The translations under genes were made by a program, and so were the position numbers. A stretch of 64,000 nt of DNA from Takakia lepidozioides (Eukaryota; Plantae; Bryophyta). Where the stretch lies: contig CM060732.1 of assembly GCA_030704615.1 (NCBI GenBank), forward strand, positions 31,062,001 through 31,126,000, in the 5' to 3' direction. How positions within the stretch are numbered: the stretch's first letter is position 1; every line of letters starts with the position of its first letter. The notes beneath the pieces are model-generated. The model had not been told where the DNA came from and did not search any database. It saw nothing but the letters and a program-made list of their open reading frames with translations. This document shows positions 23,001 through 36,200 of this stretch, in pieces.

Positions 23001-24120
23001 CTTTCTCTACCATTTTTGACTTCGTTCTTTTTCTTTTTCTTTTTCGTTTCTTCTAACTTATCAGACACACTATCAGATAACTAACAATATCTTATATTTC
23101 CAAGAAATCATCAAAATTCATCACACTGTGATTATGTCACTTGAATGTTTACATCATAATCTATAGTACATATGATATTCAAGCATGATATCAATATAGT
23201 ATATACAACTGAGAGATTATAAATATTTAACTATAATCATAATTATATATATTATAATATAATATAAATAAGTATATAAAAACGAATATTGTTTTACATT
23301 AAGTAAATAAATTTAATAATAAATAGATGTATCTTAAAATCTAGCTATAACCTAACGACATCACCACATAAATCAACTATCATTCTATCCATCAACCAGT
23401 CAATTATCATTCCATCCATTATCATAAATCAATCATTATCAGTTACAATCATGTGTTATTTTACTTATTACATAATTTTTATTCATATCAGTTTATATCT
23501 TATCATTACATTTTCATATTTTAAATTTCAAATAGTTATATTATTTCTATAAATAAACATACTAAAATATTTATTTAAGAGAACTAAAATTATTATATAT
23601 ATAAAACATAATTATATATATAATATATTATAAGAATAAATATATTATCAATTTATATCATGCTTTCAATGTCAGATTCATCATTCCAATTTAAATCTAA
23701 TCAATCAAGTTATCGATTATATTACATCTCAAAAACTTCAAATATTTCAAATATACTGTTTATATTAACAAATTGATTTAAGAAATAAAATTTAAAAATG
23801 GATATATAATAATATAATATGTATTAAATACTTAAAATATAAATCAATATATAATATAATGTATAATGTATATTACTATATTATATCATATTTTCAACCT
23901 CAGATTTCATCATTTCAATAAATTCAAAATCCACTGCATTTAATCAAATTGTTTATCATATTACATTCCAAAAACTCCAATTTATTTAACCCGTATGGTT
24001 AATCTTAAATGCCTTTCTGCCATAATTTTGTATGCTATAATGGATAGCTATAAGGGTTCAAATCCCTATACAAAAATGAAGTTATTATAAATACCAAAGC
24101 TGCGACAAGGAATATCGCAT

Positions 24121-24176
24121 GGCGCGGGGTCAATGGCCACAAGGCTACGACAAACCATGTCTTATGAGTGCATTCT
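24121..24176 (+). mobile_element. 3'-terminal remnant of the LINE family seen at 43872 and 57549
   Basis: GGCGCGGGGTCAATGGCCACAAGGCTAC...GTCTTATGAG is nearly identical to 45133-45180 and 59704-59749. Confidence 0.8.
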
Positions 24177-24271
24177 TTGCAGAGCATACCTGCCAGATTG
24201 AAGAAAAAAGTTGATCTCAAGAAACCATTTAAAAAGTTGTTCTGAGTCCTGTGCGTCAAAATTTTATAATT

Positions 24272-24524
24272 GCAGTTCATTGTCAAGAATGTGAGCTACA
24301 GCCGTAAGCACCGGCATTTGAACTCTATACTTCGGAGCCAATGCGATGACCACACCTCCTGTGGCAACACCCTCCCCTGCTCCACTCATGGAGGACAAAA
24401 TGTCTTCAAGTTTTTTACCTGACCCCTGTCTAACCCATTTTGCACCCATATTTTCTGCCAGCCATCTAATTTCTGCGTAGCCCTGACCAACAAGAGCCGC
24501 CATGCAATTGTTCCTAAGCTTCAT
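24272..24524 (-). pseudogene. Fragment of NAD(P)-dependent glycerol-3-phosphate dehydrogenase (GLY1/SFD1-like C-terminus)
   Basis: Reads NNCMAALVGQGYAEIRWLAENMGAK / VRQGSGKKLEDILSSM..EGVATGGVVIALAPKYRVQMPVLTAVAHILDNEL. It is intronless and lacks the GLSGTGDIMLTC..SRN segment. Confidence 0.8.
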
Positions 24525-27507
24525 TTTTCTTCTTGATCATGGTTGACTGTTGAGGGCATATGGCACCCTTTGGGATTTAATTCTTTTTTTCCCCTTCAAT
24601 AATTTAACTCTTAACAATATATTTATTTGGCTACCAAAAATGTGACATTTTGGCTAAGCAAACAATGTTCATGAATTTTGATGTCTTTACTGGCACTATA
24701 TACATTTTTGCTTTGCTAGAATGGACTAATCTTGCTTCACAATAATTTTGTTTCCTGGTTGCTTTTTGGTGCATGTTGGGTGGTGTGGTTGAGTGGTGTG
24801 GTGTTGCAGGCTACCCTACGTTGCAGTGGGCAAAGTCTTTATGACTGAAGTTCAATTCCTCCATACGGTACTTTATAGATTAGACTCCTGTCAACTGTCT
24901 TTGTGTTGTGACTTCTAAGTTCTGCGCTTCAATGGTGCTGGCAATACTGCATTTGTATGTTGCCAAATTACAGCCATCAGCAGTTCAACCATAGCCTAAA
25001 TGAGTCAGTACTTAACGGATTTCCATTCGCCAAATTACACCCACCAGCACTTCAACAGTAGCCTGAACGAGTCACTACTTATGGATTTCACCAGCTTGTG
25101 TCTACAAGCAAATGGTGCCGCATAATCCAGCCACCAGACTCAAACTCTGTAGCCACTCTTTTCGGAATCAGATTCTCTGCTATAGCCACACCAACTGGAT
25201 CTTCCCCTCCCAAGGTGCCACTCGTGCCTCATTCAAAATTCAAGAAAAAAATCCCTGCCTAGCAATTGACAATTATTCACTATGAGACAACGTTGTTTGA
25301 TGTGTTAGTCATCATCACTTGGCACTGGCCACTCAGTTGCACTCATATTTGCAATTTGAATGTCCCAGCTAGGCCGGCTGAAGCTTGATCAGCCCAACTT
25401 GTAGTGCTTCAAAGGCGATAATTCCACTTGAGAAAGAATAATGTGGTGACGAACACAAAGGGACCCTTCCCTGGTGCAACAAAAGGCATGTATATGGCCT
25501 TCCCTTCTCGTCAGTGCCAGCTTTGGAACCTCCTTGGATATCTGGGGACGGGTGAGAAATGTCAGACCTTAACTGTAACTTTCTATGCAGTGAGGACACT
25601 TGTCCCAAAATAACCCAGCACTGATTTCACTCGTAAACCTGTTACTGGCGAGAGCTGCATGTAGTGACTTAAATGGATCTGCTGCCCCTACCTTACACCA
25701 TTCCCCACTGAGAGAAATCAAACACTGGAAATTATTTGCAGACCTGTGAGGTAATCTCCATAATAAAATTCTTTCATTGCATGATTATACTTTCTCTCCC
25801 CCCCCCCCCCCCCCCCCCCCCCTTCCCTCTGCGTGGAACCTGCACTGTAAAGCAAGAAGACATACTTTAGCTTGTGCAGCAGTAGTCCATGTGTAAGACA
25901 CAGCGCTCTGTACAGATTCTGTCTGGGGTTACACTACTCTTGGGGTTGGTGGATTTAAACCAAAACAGGAGCCTGAAATTTGGTGGTGTGCGCTGCAGCA
26001 AAACATTCCCAGAAGGCTGCTACATAGCATCCAGAAGTGTATCATAAACTCACTTCCTATAGCAGGATTGTTGTTGGCTATGTGTGTTATCACAATTTCG
26101 TCATGAGTCTCATATACCCATGCCAAAAATCCACAGCCAGCACCAGCCAATATGAACTACACCCCTTAAGCTACAAATTAGGCAGTCCGTTGGGCCAATG
26201 ACGCAATGAGGCCATCTCTCGAAGGCTTCCGCCACCAATATCTCAATAGTTCATCTATCACAGATTTCAGGGCGTATGAAGTAGCCTTGTAGCCTTCCCT
26301 CATGATCTAACCCCACTGATTAGATGATGTAACAACTGTGAGGCGCTGCTAGTGAGGGATTTGCCACGGGGGGGGCCTACGTGCCAAGGAGACAGTGGAG
26401 GGAGAGAGAAAGGAAAAAGGAGAGAATTTCATTGCATCTGGCAGATGCCCACAAGGCCACAAGAGAGGAGAGAGAGAGAAAGACAGCGAAGCTTGCATGC
26501 GCACCTCATCCAGAAGAGACAAGGGCCCCCAGTGATCATCACTCCCAAAAAGAAAATATATTTGACTGGTTTTCTCTCAGAAACTCCCGGTCCAGCTCCT
26601 TTGGTAGCTTTGCATCCACCAACATGGAAAACAAATCACATGAGTGTTAAAGACGTGCATAAGCTTTGTAACTATGATAATGTACAGCTGGACTTCTCAA
26701 GGCTTGAAAGGGTTTCAACACTGGCATCGTAGCCAGGCTGCCTTTGTGCGTCAATGGTTAATGGTGTTTATTTGGCACTAGCAGCCTACCCCACATAGTT
26801 TCCTTTCAGACTGTCCTGAAATGAGTGGAAGACTTCTAGCTACATCATCTCAATGCAAACAACACGCGATGTGGCCATGGAACATATTTAACCATTAAGA
26901 TTTACTTGTTGGTGAGACTTTCTTTGTGAAACATCTGGGTGATAATGAAACTAATTTCTGGCCTGTCAAACTACAGGTCCATTGTACTGAGAATAGACAT
27001 TCATGTTAACCATGGCCAAGGTGTCATTTCTCTGGCTATAGCACAGTGGAAGATAGTTTTCATCAGGTTAACATCTACAACCTGATTTCGCAATAAACTC
27101 ATTGCGATCAACTTCAACCCTTACCTTGGCGAATTCCGTTCTTACCATGTACAGAAAATTGCGCACCACTGAAGACTGAAGATCACAAAACAGACAGTCA
27201 GGTACCATACAACTCCAAATAACAATTGCTACGTTCCCAACCATGTGAGCAACAAGTTTCAATAAGAAGTGATGCCCATAGTCTATGACCTCATTTTCCC
27301 AAATATCTTTAGCTCGCAGAGAGAAAACAAAGGCCATAAACTTGGGCATGAAGGAAAAAAAACCTCATCTGAAATGAAGGGATGAACACAGTGACGACAG
27401 CCATCACAAATGTGAAAATGCTGAATTACAGCCGTGGTTAGACATAAACTTTGTGGATCTGCACATGATCAGCTGTGGCCGTTACAAGGGAACATCATTA
27501 TCCCTTT

Positions 27508-30500
27508 CTAAACCACTCCCCTAACTTTTCCTCCTACTTTGCGCTTAAGAGATCCTACAAGAAAAGAAAGCTCTGCCTTCCGCTTCCGATCTGTGTTTCC
27601 CATCTGAACCCCATCTTCAACATTTGCAACTTTTCTATTCTGTAACCTTTGAACCTTGTCTCCTCCATCTAGCCTAGTCTCCAAACCAGCATCAGTTTGT
27701 TGCAGGCGGCGTCGCTGAACCTCAGCCAGTATTTTAAGCTGTGCAGCAGATTTTCGAAACCGGGGGTCTGTGGGATCAATGGCGAAATGATGATTTGAAA
27801 ACAGAGATGCGAACCGTGGGTCGTCCAGATTGGCTGTACCCATTTTATCCTCTTCTTCTTCGTCTCTGGTTTTACTTCGAATACCCTTCTTTTCCCCTCT
27901 ATCCTTTTTTCTGCTTTTGTCTTTTGTATGCTTTAGGTTGAAGCCTCGAAGGCCTGCTTGAAGGCCATGGTCATCCATGAGAAGTAACTCCAGTTCCGCT
28001 CTGTTTCCCTTCTCTTCCTTCTTTTTCTCAATTTCCTCTCTCCTTGCATGCTCCCCATCAGTAACCCTCTTACCAGTCCCCAGAAGGCCATCTTCAGCTC
28101 TCTGTTTGTGCACTCGCCGCCCCTCTTTCACTCCTTCCCCTGGAACTTCACCATCCGTAGCAAAGAAGGGGTCATCAAACCCATCTTTATCATCAGTGAC
28201 GAAAGGATCTGAATCCAAATGGACCCTGTAAGAAATATCTGTCTCATCGTCAGACTCAGGATCCGAGCTATGGTTACCACGGCTCCCCTTCTTTCTCTGT
28301 ACCTTTCTCTCCTTCTTCTTCCTCAAGTAAGCCTCCCAAACTGTCTCATCCCCACGTTGCTTTGCTTCCTTCTTCTGCAATAACCGCTCACTGAGGTCGT
28401 CCAACCCTGTGTGGAACGTGACCTCCATATCCACATCACCCTTCCCTGACTGCTTACTCACAGGAGAATCATCCGTGGTGTCTCCAACAAGCAAAGCTCG
28501 ATATTTCTCCCTCACTTTCGTGGGTCTGCCTTCCCCTGGTTGTTGGTCGCCAGTAACGCCCCCTACCTCTGATCCCCCAGGCTTTACCCGGTCTGCATCA
28601 TCATCCACCTCTTCTTCCTCTTCCTCAGATTCCGATGCGAGGTAGGACCTGAAAGGTGGGAAAACGTCATGAACATGGACTACTCAAAAGCCAAAAAGAA
28701 AATTTTAAGATCAACTTGGTACTAACCTGAAATCCATTTCATTTAACTGGTCAGCATTGAACTTCCGCCGCAGAGCCGTCACACGGTGGGGTTCATCGTC
28801 GTCCCACGTCAGCTTCACATTGCTGTGTTGTAGAGCACGTGTCTGAAACTCCGGAGCCCTGTACTCCTCTGGGACATCCTTTGCTACATCCCGGGGAGCC
28901 CTCTCAAACTTCATATGATGGGGAATGAAACGTAAGTCGAGGGTATTCGATGTTCGCTCAAACTCCATTCCATCACACTGTTGGTAAAGATAATTGGAAG
29001 TTTCCCTTGAATCACACTCCACAACCGCATAGTAGTAGCGTAGCTTGTTCTTCTCATACAGCCGCAGCTTTTCCATGTCAATCTCATCAGTTTCCTCTTC
29101 CTCCTCTTCCTTCTCAAAAATGGCCCTAGGTCCATGAGCCTAAACATTTCATGACAACAAAAATCAGGACTGCGATCTTAAACCCTGAACCCTAGGTTGT
29201 CCGCTTAATATTTGTTATTACTCAAAAGGAATGTTACTTCCTCTCCATCAGTTCCCTAACTGGTTCCTCTATGTCTGTGGAGGGAGAGATGTTATATTCT
29301 TGAACATAGGCCAATTCACTAAAAATGAAGTAGGGGATTTGTAACCCCAACTGACCCAGGCCACTCAACCATTTCAGCATACTCCATTGGGGCAAACATT
29401 GCAACTTTCAAGCACACTGCTCCATCATTCAGTATTCCAAAGTAAGCAGATCAGGAAGCTGAATTACATGAATATATGATTACCTCCTCAACTTCCATTT
29501 GCTGCAAACCAAACTCTGACGGGTACACCGCCACAGACTCCACACGTCCAACCTTGGGGATGAAAGACTGCATTAGCACCAATAGATCCACAGCCAATAT
29601 GTGCTCCCAGTCCATATTCATTATGGCCAGCCTTCGCGTTTCCTGGTTTGTGGTAGGCACCTTCTCCTCTTCGTCCGCCACTTTCTCCTCCCTGTCACTT
29701 TCCCCTTCTGAAGACGAAGAAGATGTTTCCGCCTCACTATCAGAGCCCCACTCTGAAATTTCTTCTGAGGAGGAGGGCTCCACGCCATCCGCCATCGACA
29801 AGCCGCTCTTCCTCCCTCGTGTAGCGGATGTCAAACCTTCTTCACCACTCTCACCTTTCTTAGCACCCCCGTCGTCTGATGTCCAGGCTGATGATGACTC
29901 TGTGCCCTGTGCCTTATGACTCTTTCTGGCAGCCATCGCCCTTGCATCGACTTCCGAATTTTCTTTACTTCTGTCTGGAGTCAACACTCCCACCTCTTGC
30001 TCGTTGTCGTCTTCATCCAGAACCAGCTCCTGCTCGCTCTCTTCGTCGTCCTCTTCAAACTGTGTGTGTTTTCTTCTTCTTTTCTTCGTTGTGGAATCCA
30101 TTTTCTCTTCAGTTTCCTGCTTCTTCTCGCCTTTAATAAAAACACGTTGCGACTTTTTCTTCTCTGCCTGACTTGCCTCGCGCAGTTTCTTACCTGTCTT
30201 ATCCTTCACCCTGTCGAGCTTCTTCGACTCCACGGGTTCCTCCCTCTCAACCACCTCATCATCCTCTCCCTCTCCATTTCTCCTCCCCGCGGAGTCATCA
30301 TCAACTTTGTAGTAACGACGTAACAGTTGGTTCTCCTTCTTCTTCTTCACTCTCCCTCTCTTATCCACTCCAAGAGGATCCTGGAAATTCCTGTCAGAAA
30401 ATATATGAGAGAAGCGGGAATCAATGGAAACCTTGGCCTTACCCTTCGGCATCCTCTGAAAGCGCGGGTCCGAGTGCAAACGACTAAACCTTGGATCGGC

Positions 30501-30536
30501 AATAGCAGCAGGCCGAGGTCCAGCCTCCATCTTCAT
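27508..30536 (-). CDS. ESF1: Pre-rRNA-processing protein ESF1, 3 exons
   Basis: Exons 30536-29484 (DPRFSRLHSDPRF, TRRLAIMNMDWEHI, VAVYPSEFG), 29139-28727 (LRYYYAVVECDS, DLRFIP, LTWD) and 28648-27508 (NUC153-like DDPRFASLFSNHHFAIDPTDPRF). GT-AG introns are in phase. The start codon is uncertain. Confidence 0.92.
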
Positions 30537-30773
30537 TGTCTTGGCCGTGCCTTCCTCCAAGGTCTCTCTTGTTTGCCTACTCGCTCTCTCTTCTCTCCCT
30601 TTTCTCTCTTCTCCCTCGTCCGTCCGCACTCGTCGACGATAAAGCTGGACGAACAACGCTTGTGAGATTCGTCCGACACGATCTTACTTACACTCTTCTG
30701 CTTCTCCCCTCATCTCTCTCTCTGTCTGTCTCGCGACTGTGTAATCAGTATTCAGGTACTTCAGGGCATCGTA

Positions 30774-32090
30774 ATGGGGCTTGGAGCAGGGTTGCAAGGA
30801 GTGGTGGCACCTAACAGGATTGGGCTCTGTTGTGAACCGGCTTCTCACTCTTGCAGCCCCAAAACTGTAGCTGTGGGGTGCTGTTTGGCCGAGAGAAAGA
30901 TGCATGCATTTGTTGGTATTTCCTCTGTCAAGCTGCAGTCGGTGTTAATCCCCCAGGTCTCTTTTAGTGTGTCGTTGCACAAGAAGAAGAAGATGGGCAG
31001 GGTCATGACACCCCAGAGAGGGTCTTTCAGCATCAGGAGCTTCGCGTCGGACCCAGATCAGCTCAGAGGTGCCCGAGAAGATATCAAGACTCTGCTCAAG
31101 GAAAAACATTGTCACCCAATTTTGATCCGGCTGGCCTGGCATGATGCAGGCACCTACGACAAGAACGTTTCGGAGTTCCCCAGAAGGGGTGGGGCAAATG
31201 GGAGCCTGCGGTACTCGATAGAACTTGACCATGCCGCGAATGCAGGTCTAATCGGTGCTCTTAAGCTGCTGGAGCCAGTGAAAGAGAAGTTTCCCAACGT
31301 CAGCTATGCAGATCTTTTCCAGCTTGCAAGCGCCACTGCCATTGAGGATGCCGGGGGCCCGAAGATTCCAATGAAATACGGACGTGTTGATACATCTGGA
31401 CCTGAAGACTGTGTCAAGGAGGGTAATCTACCTGACGCCGGTCCTCCAAGTCCTGCATCCCATCTTCGCAATGTGTTCTATCGAATGGGCTTAGGTGACA
31501 AGGAGATTGTGGCTTTGTCAGGTGCGCACACAGTGGGACGGTCGCGGCCTGAGCGTAGTGGGTGGGGGAAACCTGTCACAAAGTATACGAAAGACGGGCC
31601 TGGATTGCCTGGAGGTAGTTCATGGACACCGGAATGGCTCAAGTTTGATAACTCATACTTCAGAGAGATCAAGGAGAAGAAAGACGAGGATTTACTGGTT
31701 CTACCCACTGACGCCGTCGTCTTCGATGACCCAGACTTCAGAACGTATGCAGAGAAGTATGCCCTAGACGAGGCATCCTTTTTCAAGGACTACGCCGAAG
31801 CCCATGCCAAGCTGAGCGAGCTGGGCTCTAGTTTTGATCCTCCTGAGGGAATCTACATCGACGAGACCGAGAAAGCAGCACAACCTCAGAAATTTGTTGC
31901 AGCGAAGTATTCTACTGAAAGTGATAACAGGAAAGAGCTTTCTGACACAATGAAAGCCAAAATCCGGGCCGAATACCTGGCTATTGGGGGGAGCCCTGAC
32001 AAGCCCCTTCCAACAAACTATTACCTTAACATCATCCTTGCAATCGCCGTTCTTGCTGTGTTAGCGTCGGTCTTTGGTGGCATCTCATAG
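30774..32090 (+). CDS. APX: Chloroplast thylakoid-type L-ascorbate peroxidase, intronless
   Basis: Single 438-aa ORF with a transit-peptide-like N-terminus, [10 protein letters not shown] (distal His), ALSGAHTVG (proximal His), plastid-type [13 protein letters not shown], and a C-terminal [29 protein letters not shown] membrane anchor. Confidence 0.95.
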   Translation: MGLGAGLQGVVAPNRIGLCCEPASHSCSPKTVAVGCCLAERKMHAFVGISSVKLQSVLIPQVSFSVSLHKKKKMGRVMTPQRGSFSIRSFASDPDQLRGAREDIKTLLKEKHCHPILIRLAWHDAGTYDKNVSEFPRRGGANGSLRYSIELDHAANAGLIGALKLLEPVKEKFPNVSYADLFQLASATAIEDAGGPKIPMKYGRVDTSGPEDCVKEGNLPDAGPPSPASHLRNVFYRMGLGDKEIVALSGAHTVGRSRPERSGWGKPVTKYTKDGPGLPGGSSWTPEWLKFDNSYFREIKEKKDEDLLVLPTDAVVFDDPDFRTYAEKYALDEASFFKDYAEAHAKLSELGSSFDPPEGIYIDETEKAAQPQKFVAAKYSTESDNRKELSDTMKAKIRAEYLAIGGSPDKPLPTNYYLNIILAIAVLAVLASVFGGIS

Positions 32091-33288
32091 CTACCTATTG
32101 CTCATATGCAAGTGCTCTGGGACTGGGATCATTGTAATTGCGATACATTAGTGAATGCACAAATCTAACTACACAAAATTCCTTGCTAGAAGAGGAGTCA
32201 CGTGTATATGAAGCCTCTGGGCTTTTGTATGTTACTGCTTATATGGTTCTTGTCAGAGAAACCAACAACAAGACTTGGATGAGGTATTTCTCCAGAAATG
32301 TTTGATTACTCTGCTGGCTTTGTGTCTGTAGGGATGTTCGTGGAGACACTATGATGGGAATCTAAGCCATTTGCTTTGATGCGGTTTGCAGGGATTAGAG
32401 TCCTTGAAGAAGCTGCTCTGTAACCCAAATGGTGCTCAGGCGGAAGTTGATGAATAACTGAGTGGATGATATCAGATTGCCCTGACTGGGGTGAGCACAA
32501 AAACTGTAACACACCCTCACTATCCTTGCAATGTCTCACATCAGGTTTGGGACCTCCCTCTGGTAGCAGCAAGGGCAAGAGCTTTCTGACACTTGAGTTT
32601 AGTCACGTTATTCAGAGATTTTGGAAATGTTTGGAAAGACCAACTGAGATGATGGCTGCACCTAAGATTGTTGCAAGATTCCACTGAAGAATTCTTGATA
32701 TTTGGTCCAGTGGTGTAGATGAAGATGTCCGATTTTCGGTTTTGTGGGTCCTAGTCTTGTATCCTATTAGTTAGAACCTTTGGACACTATAGACCGCCTG
32801 GTGGATGTAATACGGAAGTGGACATCAGCTCAGGGGACTTTGGTGATGCCTAAATTGCCATGGAGGGTTTCAAATCTTGCGTCCTCAAGGTACAGGTTTT
32901 TATCACAAAATTGAATACCAGTCCACATCAATCCTCTTCATGTCATGTTTACTACTAGCCTGTCCTGCAGTTTACTGCCGAACATTCACTCAGGCACTAC
33001 AACTGCTTATATTTTGTTTCAACAAGGTCCCTCATTAGTCTACTGTCGTGCACCTGAGATGTGCAGTGTTGGCTTGTCTGATTGTGAGAGATTCAAGCAA
33101 AAACTTCAACATTCTTCCATCAGTGCTGCTCCTGTCCTGTCTGCATGTGACTTCCACACATTTGCAAGCAAGCAACTAACAACGATTTTATTCAAATTTC
33201 CTAAGGAGTGGGAATATGGAATGCTTGATGAATGTGTAAAACCCATTCAGAAACTATACATGGCTCCAAAGACCTAAAAAAGGTGCAA

Positions 33289-36200
33289 CTAGGGTAGCCT
33301 GTGCCGGTGGCCCAAGTGTCAAAATATGAAGCAAGCCATATCTAATCATTTTTTTTCCGCAGAGCCTACAACCAGATTTGAACCGGAGACCTTTCCCTTG
33401 ATATCTCTCATGTGGAGGCTCCAATCTTGTACAGTGACCAAAAGTACTTGAAATTCGTTTTAGCCATATCTCATCATTTTTTCCAAGAGCTTACCACCAG
33501 ATTTCAACTGGAGACCTTTCCCTTTATATCTTTTTTTTTTTTTTTTTTGGAAAGGGACATAGGCCCTTTTAGTCAAATTAATTAAAAAGAAGATGTCACA
33601 TTGGTGGAAAAAAATAACCACCCAAAAGGCCATGAAGGCTTACTAAGGGGGAACATCCCGTGGCCGTAGCAAACTTGCTAACAGTAGATAGGGAAGGAGT
33701 GAATAGTGGTAAAGCAGAGGGTGCGAGAGAGATAACATGCTATGCTAGGGCAGGGTGAAAGGGCAGTAAGAAAGATCTATGCAAGAGAGACTTGTATGCA
33801 TTGTTCCGAGAATGGTTTTGATTAGAGAGGTAGCTAGCTACTCCTTGAGATAAGAGCACAAAGGTCATGCGAAGATGAGGTGCGGAGCTGATCCGGAGTT
33901 GACGACCTGTGAAGACAAGGAGTTGGAGAAGATCTGCAGTGGCAATGTGAATGTGAAGACAGGTTCAGTAATTTAGAACTTGAGCTGAGTTCTAAATTTA
34001 GGATCTCGACTTTTCTTATGCCTCCAATTGAAATCTGCCTCGTCTCCATCACCAGGGGACTTCCCATTGAGGGGGGATTGATTGATTCCAGGTAAAGTGC
34101 ATGTTGGGAAGACTGGAGCCGAGCAAGTTGCCTTTGCCCCAAGAGTCGGCGAAATCTTGAAGCAGCTTCCTCCCTCGTTGCTCCGAAGTTCTGGGAAGAG
34201 CTGCACAAACAGTGTCCCACGCTTTTCGCCCCTCAGTTAACATATCAAAATATATGTGAAAGAGGATTGATCTACCCCTGGGGGCTTTTCCCTCATAAAC
34301 CCAATTGCATCTGGCTCTCCATAGATTCCACAAGGTGTGGGCTCTAAGAGTGTTCCATACTGAGCAAACACTCATTGTTAGACCAGGCAGGAAATTTAAA
34401 AGCAGTAGAGATGGAGGAGAAAGGGCTGGGAAAGAAGCCCAATGAGAGTAGAACGAGAGAACCAGCCCCCAGATTCTACTTGAAAGATTGCAGGATAGCA
34501 GACAATGTTCTATGGATTCCGTTTGTGAATGGCAGAGAGTACAGGTAGGGTTATCCTCATGTGTTCACTGCCTGACTGGAATGATTATGTATACAAGCTT
34601 CCATAGAAAGGCTGATATCTTTGCAGGCCTGTGCTTCCTCCAAACATCTTTCCATATCTTGTTCCAGATCCTTTGGGTAAGGTTGTTGTTGCCCCATTTT
34701 GCTGACCATTTACCTCTAAAGGATTGGGGTGGGCAGGCCAAGGAGTACCCTTTCTTCACTGTGTATCCAAAGAAAGGGGTTTTCTTCGTGTCCATCCATT
34801 TCTACTCCTCTGGGTCAAACTGCAGATCTTCCAAAGGGCACATGAGAAACCAGATGAGTGTTTCATGACGGGCCCATGGAGCCTCCATCCCTTGAGGTGG
34901 CAAGGGGTTTGCATTTCCTTTGCCATCAAGCACCCGTATGTGGAACAAGCTTGTTTTAGGAACCTCCACCATCCCTGTATAAGAGAGGTCACCCTCGCAA
35001 TCTGTGTGAAACCCCATTCCAAATGCCATTGGTCCATGAGTTTCTATGACCAGTATCATTGTCTTTTCATTGTCTCTATTGCAAGCCATCCAGACAGGAG
35101 CCATCCAATTCTAAGCTTGTTGCTCTAGCAGTGGGGTCAAGTATTGCGGGATATTGGCCAGAAGAGCGCCCCATGCCCTGGATCTCCTCCTGCCAAAGGA
35201 TCCTGATATGCCCTCTTCTGTAAGGAAATTTTCCCCTAGCGCATTGCTACAATGTGAGTGAAACCCTGCCCCTCCCAGAAAGCCCAGCGAGGGGTTTGCG
35301 TGAGCAAGATAGCAGAGTCCATGTTGTAGTTTGCGAATAGGGGTTACCGAAGACATTCCTGCCGGCTGGTTGACATTCTTTGGGTAAGGTTACCCCTGAT
35401 GCTTTGCCAGGCTCTCCAGATAGATTGCCAAGGTCTGGAGCCGAGAGCCACTGTTGCGTTTTTGCCTTGAACAATCCATCTAGTGATTGAGCCCAAAGTT
35501 TTGATGTTTTTGGCACTGAGCCCATCAGGTAAGGTTGAATGAGCTTACTCCAAGGGGAGTTTCTATGAGTGATGGCTCTGGGAATCCATTTTGCTAGCAA
35601 GGCCTTTATTTGAGCTGTAGGATCGATGATTCCCAGACCACCCTCGGTTTTTTTCTAGCATGGTTGATCCCATGAGAGTAGTGCTCTTCTCACTTGTGAC
35701 ATTTGAATCCTTTGGGAAGGGGAAGCAAACATGGAAGTTTCCAGGTGTACACTGTTCTGGACCTCTTCCTTTTGCTATTGTAGTTGATGGGAAGATATTG
35801 GTTTGCACTGTCTTTGTGGATCGAAAGGTTTCTAGCAGAGATGTCCCAAGAAAGAATCTGAGAAAGAAAAAGAAGTGCCGATGGGGATGAGGGGAGTGCT
35901 GTGGAGTCCCACCAACCTGGCAGGAGTTTTTGGTGAGTTGGTTGACTGTCCAGCATGAGGGTCCAGACCCTTTTGCTGTCAGTAGCATGAGGGACACAGA
36001 AACAGAGGGGGGAGCAAGCATGGGAGGACATGCTCACCATTGGAGGCAATTCAATGGTCTCCTCTGGTAGCAGGAAAGTGATGGAGGTGTCAAAGCTTGC
36101 TCCGATTTCTGGGAGTGACGTGAAGTAAGTGGGTGGCAGGAAGGGTATCGCTATCACCCTTGGTCTCCAGAGAATACCTTTCTTGTGTCCCCAGTCATGT

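Noticed and set aside
23986-24002. TTAACCCGTATGGTTAA as a piggyBac end or footprint
   Set aside because: No matching partner terminus was found; it could be chance in AT-rich DNA.
24810-24832. Micro-exon GYPTLQW resembling protein disulfide isomerase
   Set aside because: Too short, and no other PDI exons were found nearby.
24950-27400. Additional gene between the GPDH fragment and ESF1
   Set aside because: Only short ORFs without recognisable motifs or a consistent exon chain.
33365-33400. tRNA gene (B-box GGTTCAAATC on the minus strand; similar motif at ~9857)
   Set aside because: No A-box or cloverleaf; it is part of a repeat or a SINE-like remnant.
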